DNA from: an uncultured Gemmatimonadaceae bacterium
Lineage (GTDB): Bacteria; Gemmatimonadota; Gemmatimonadetes; Gemmatimonadales; Gemmatimonadaceae
Reading direction: 5' to 3'
Assembly: GCA_963843845.1 (NCBI GenBank)
Contig: CAWJMB010000002.1
Location: 3,136,001 to 3,200,000, forward strand
DNA: 64,000 nucleotides
This document shows positions 63,181 to 64,000 of this stretch, piece by piece. A program made the translations under genes and the position numbers. Positions within the stretch are counted from its first letter, which is position 1. Each line of letters begins with the position of its first letter. The notes under the pieces were generated by a model, which was given only the letters and a program-made list of their open reading frames with translations, searched no databases and was not told the DNA's origin.

Positions 63181-64000
63181 ATGCGTACACGTCGCGTCAC
63201 GACACCTCTGCTCGTCTCTCTCACGCCCGCCCTGCTCGCGGCGCAGACCCCCGTCCGCGGCCGCGTGTTCGACGTCTACACGCAGGCGCCGCTCGCCGAC
63301 GTCACGGTCACGACCGCGGCCGGCGCGACGGCGACGACCGACCGCGACGGGCGCTTCTCGGTGCCGTGCGGCGACCGCGTCGCGCTCACGTTCCGTCGCG
63401 TCGGCTACCGGCCGTTCCAGGCGACCGCGCGGTCGTGCGAGGAGCAGGTGCAGGCCGGCCTCACGGCCGGCGCGCAGAACCTGAACGAGGTCAGCGTCGT
63501 CGAGACGCGCGAGTCGCCGGCGGCGACGAGCCTTCGGCAGCCGTTCTCGGTCGCCACGCTCTCGCGCCAGGAGCTGCGCCGCGGGACGGGGATCTTTCCG
63601 GACGAGGCGCTCAACCTCGTGCCGGGCGTGCGCCTCGAGCGCCGCACGATGGCCGGCGGACAGCGCATCACGATCCGCGGCTACGGCACCCGTTCGAACT
63701 TCGACGGCTCGGGTTACAAGGCGTACCTGAACGGCATCCCGATCACCGACGCGGAGGGCGTGACGGTGCTCGACGACGTCGACTTCGCGACGTTAGGCAG
63801 GGTGGACGTCGTGCGCGGGCCGTCGTCGAGTCTCTTCGGCGCCGGCATCGGCGGCGTCGTCAACTTCTACACGCTGCGCCCCGAGCGGTCGGGCACGACG
63901 GCCGAGCAGGAGGTGCTGAGCGGGCAGGACGGCCTCCTGCGCTCGGACACGCGCCTCACGAGCGCGACCGGCGGCTCGAGCCTCGTGCTGAACTACGGGC
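63181..64000 (+). CDS. TonB-dependent receptor (5' part, truncated by the window)
   Basis: Signal peptide; VRGRVFD; plug motifs ITIRGYG, YLNGIP, VVRGPSSSLFG..IGGVVN. Confidence 0.9.
   Translation, partial: MRTRRVTTPLLVSLTPALLAAQTPVRGRVFDVYTQAPLADVTVTTAAGATATTDRDGRFSVPCGDRVALTFRRVGYRPFQATARSCEEQVQAGLTAGAQNLNEVSVVETRESPAATSLRQPFSVATLSRQELRRGTGIFPDEALNLVPGVRLERRTMAGGQRITIRGYGTRSNFDGSGYKAYLNGIPITDAEGVTVLDDVDFATLGRVDVVRGPSSSLFGAGIGGVVNFYTLRPERSGTTAEQEVLSGQDGLLRSDTRLTSATGGSSLVLNYG

Noticed and set aside
1590..63798. GCCTAAC/GTTAGGC as integron attC core sites (RYYYAAC/GTTRRRY)
   Set aside because: They match the consensus but lie in frame inside genes and are not paired as inverted ends; there is no cassette array or integrase

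Overview
A very GC-rich (about 70-75% by eye), gene-dense bacterial window. Gene content suggests Gemmatimonadota (Gemmatirosa-like), which is an inference: it has a PEP-CTERM protein, a DUF1592/DUF1552/ankyrin cassette, BlaI plus M56-TonB_C and large secreted PIG-L proteins. I found about 52 coding regions and no rRNA, tRNA, CRISPR array, integrase or transposase. Six genes are broken by indels or a stop, most likely long-read consensus errors. Main observations: (1) the octamer CGTTAGGC (usually CGTTAGGCA) occurs 13 times, always in frame as NCG-TTA-GGC using the rare TTA codon, and looks like a selected genome-wide DNA signal; (2) a two-gene unit pairs a minimal Pol-beta nucleotidyltransferase with an EEP phosphoesterase; (3) an ECF sigma operon carries two CBM48-like proteins; (4) a TACTAC-N4-GTAGTA operator appears twice at blaI and once 24 kb away before a PIG-L gene; (5) a LOV blue-light hybrid kinase; (6) a periplasmic c-heme DUF1592/DUF1552/ankyrin cluster; (7) several REP-like hairpins built from short tandem units. 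All annotations come from motif recognition; no database searches were run.
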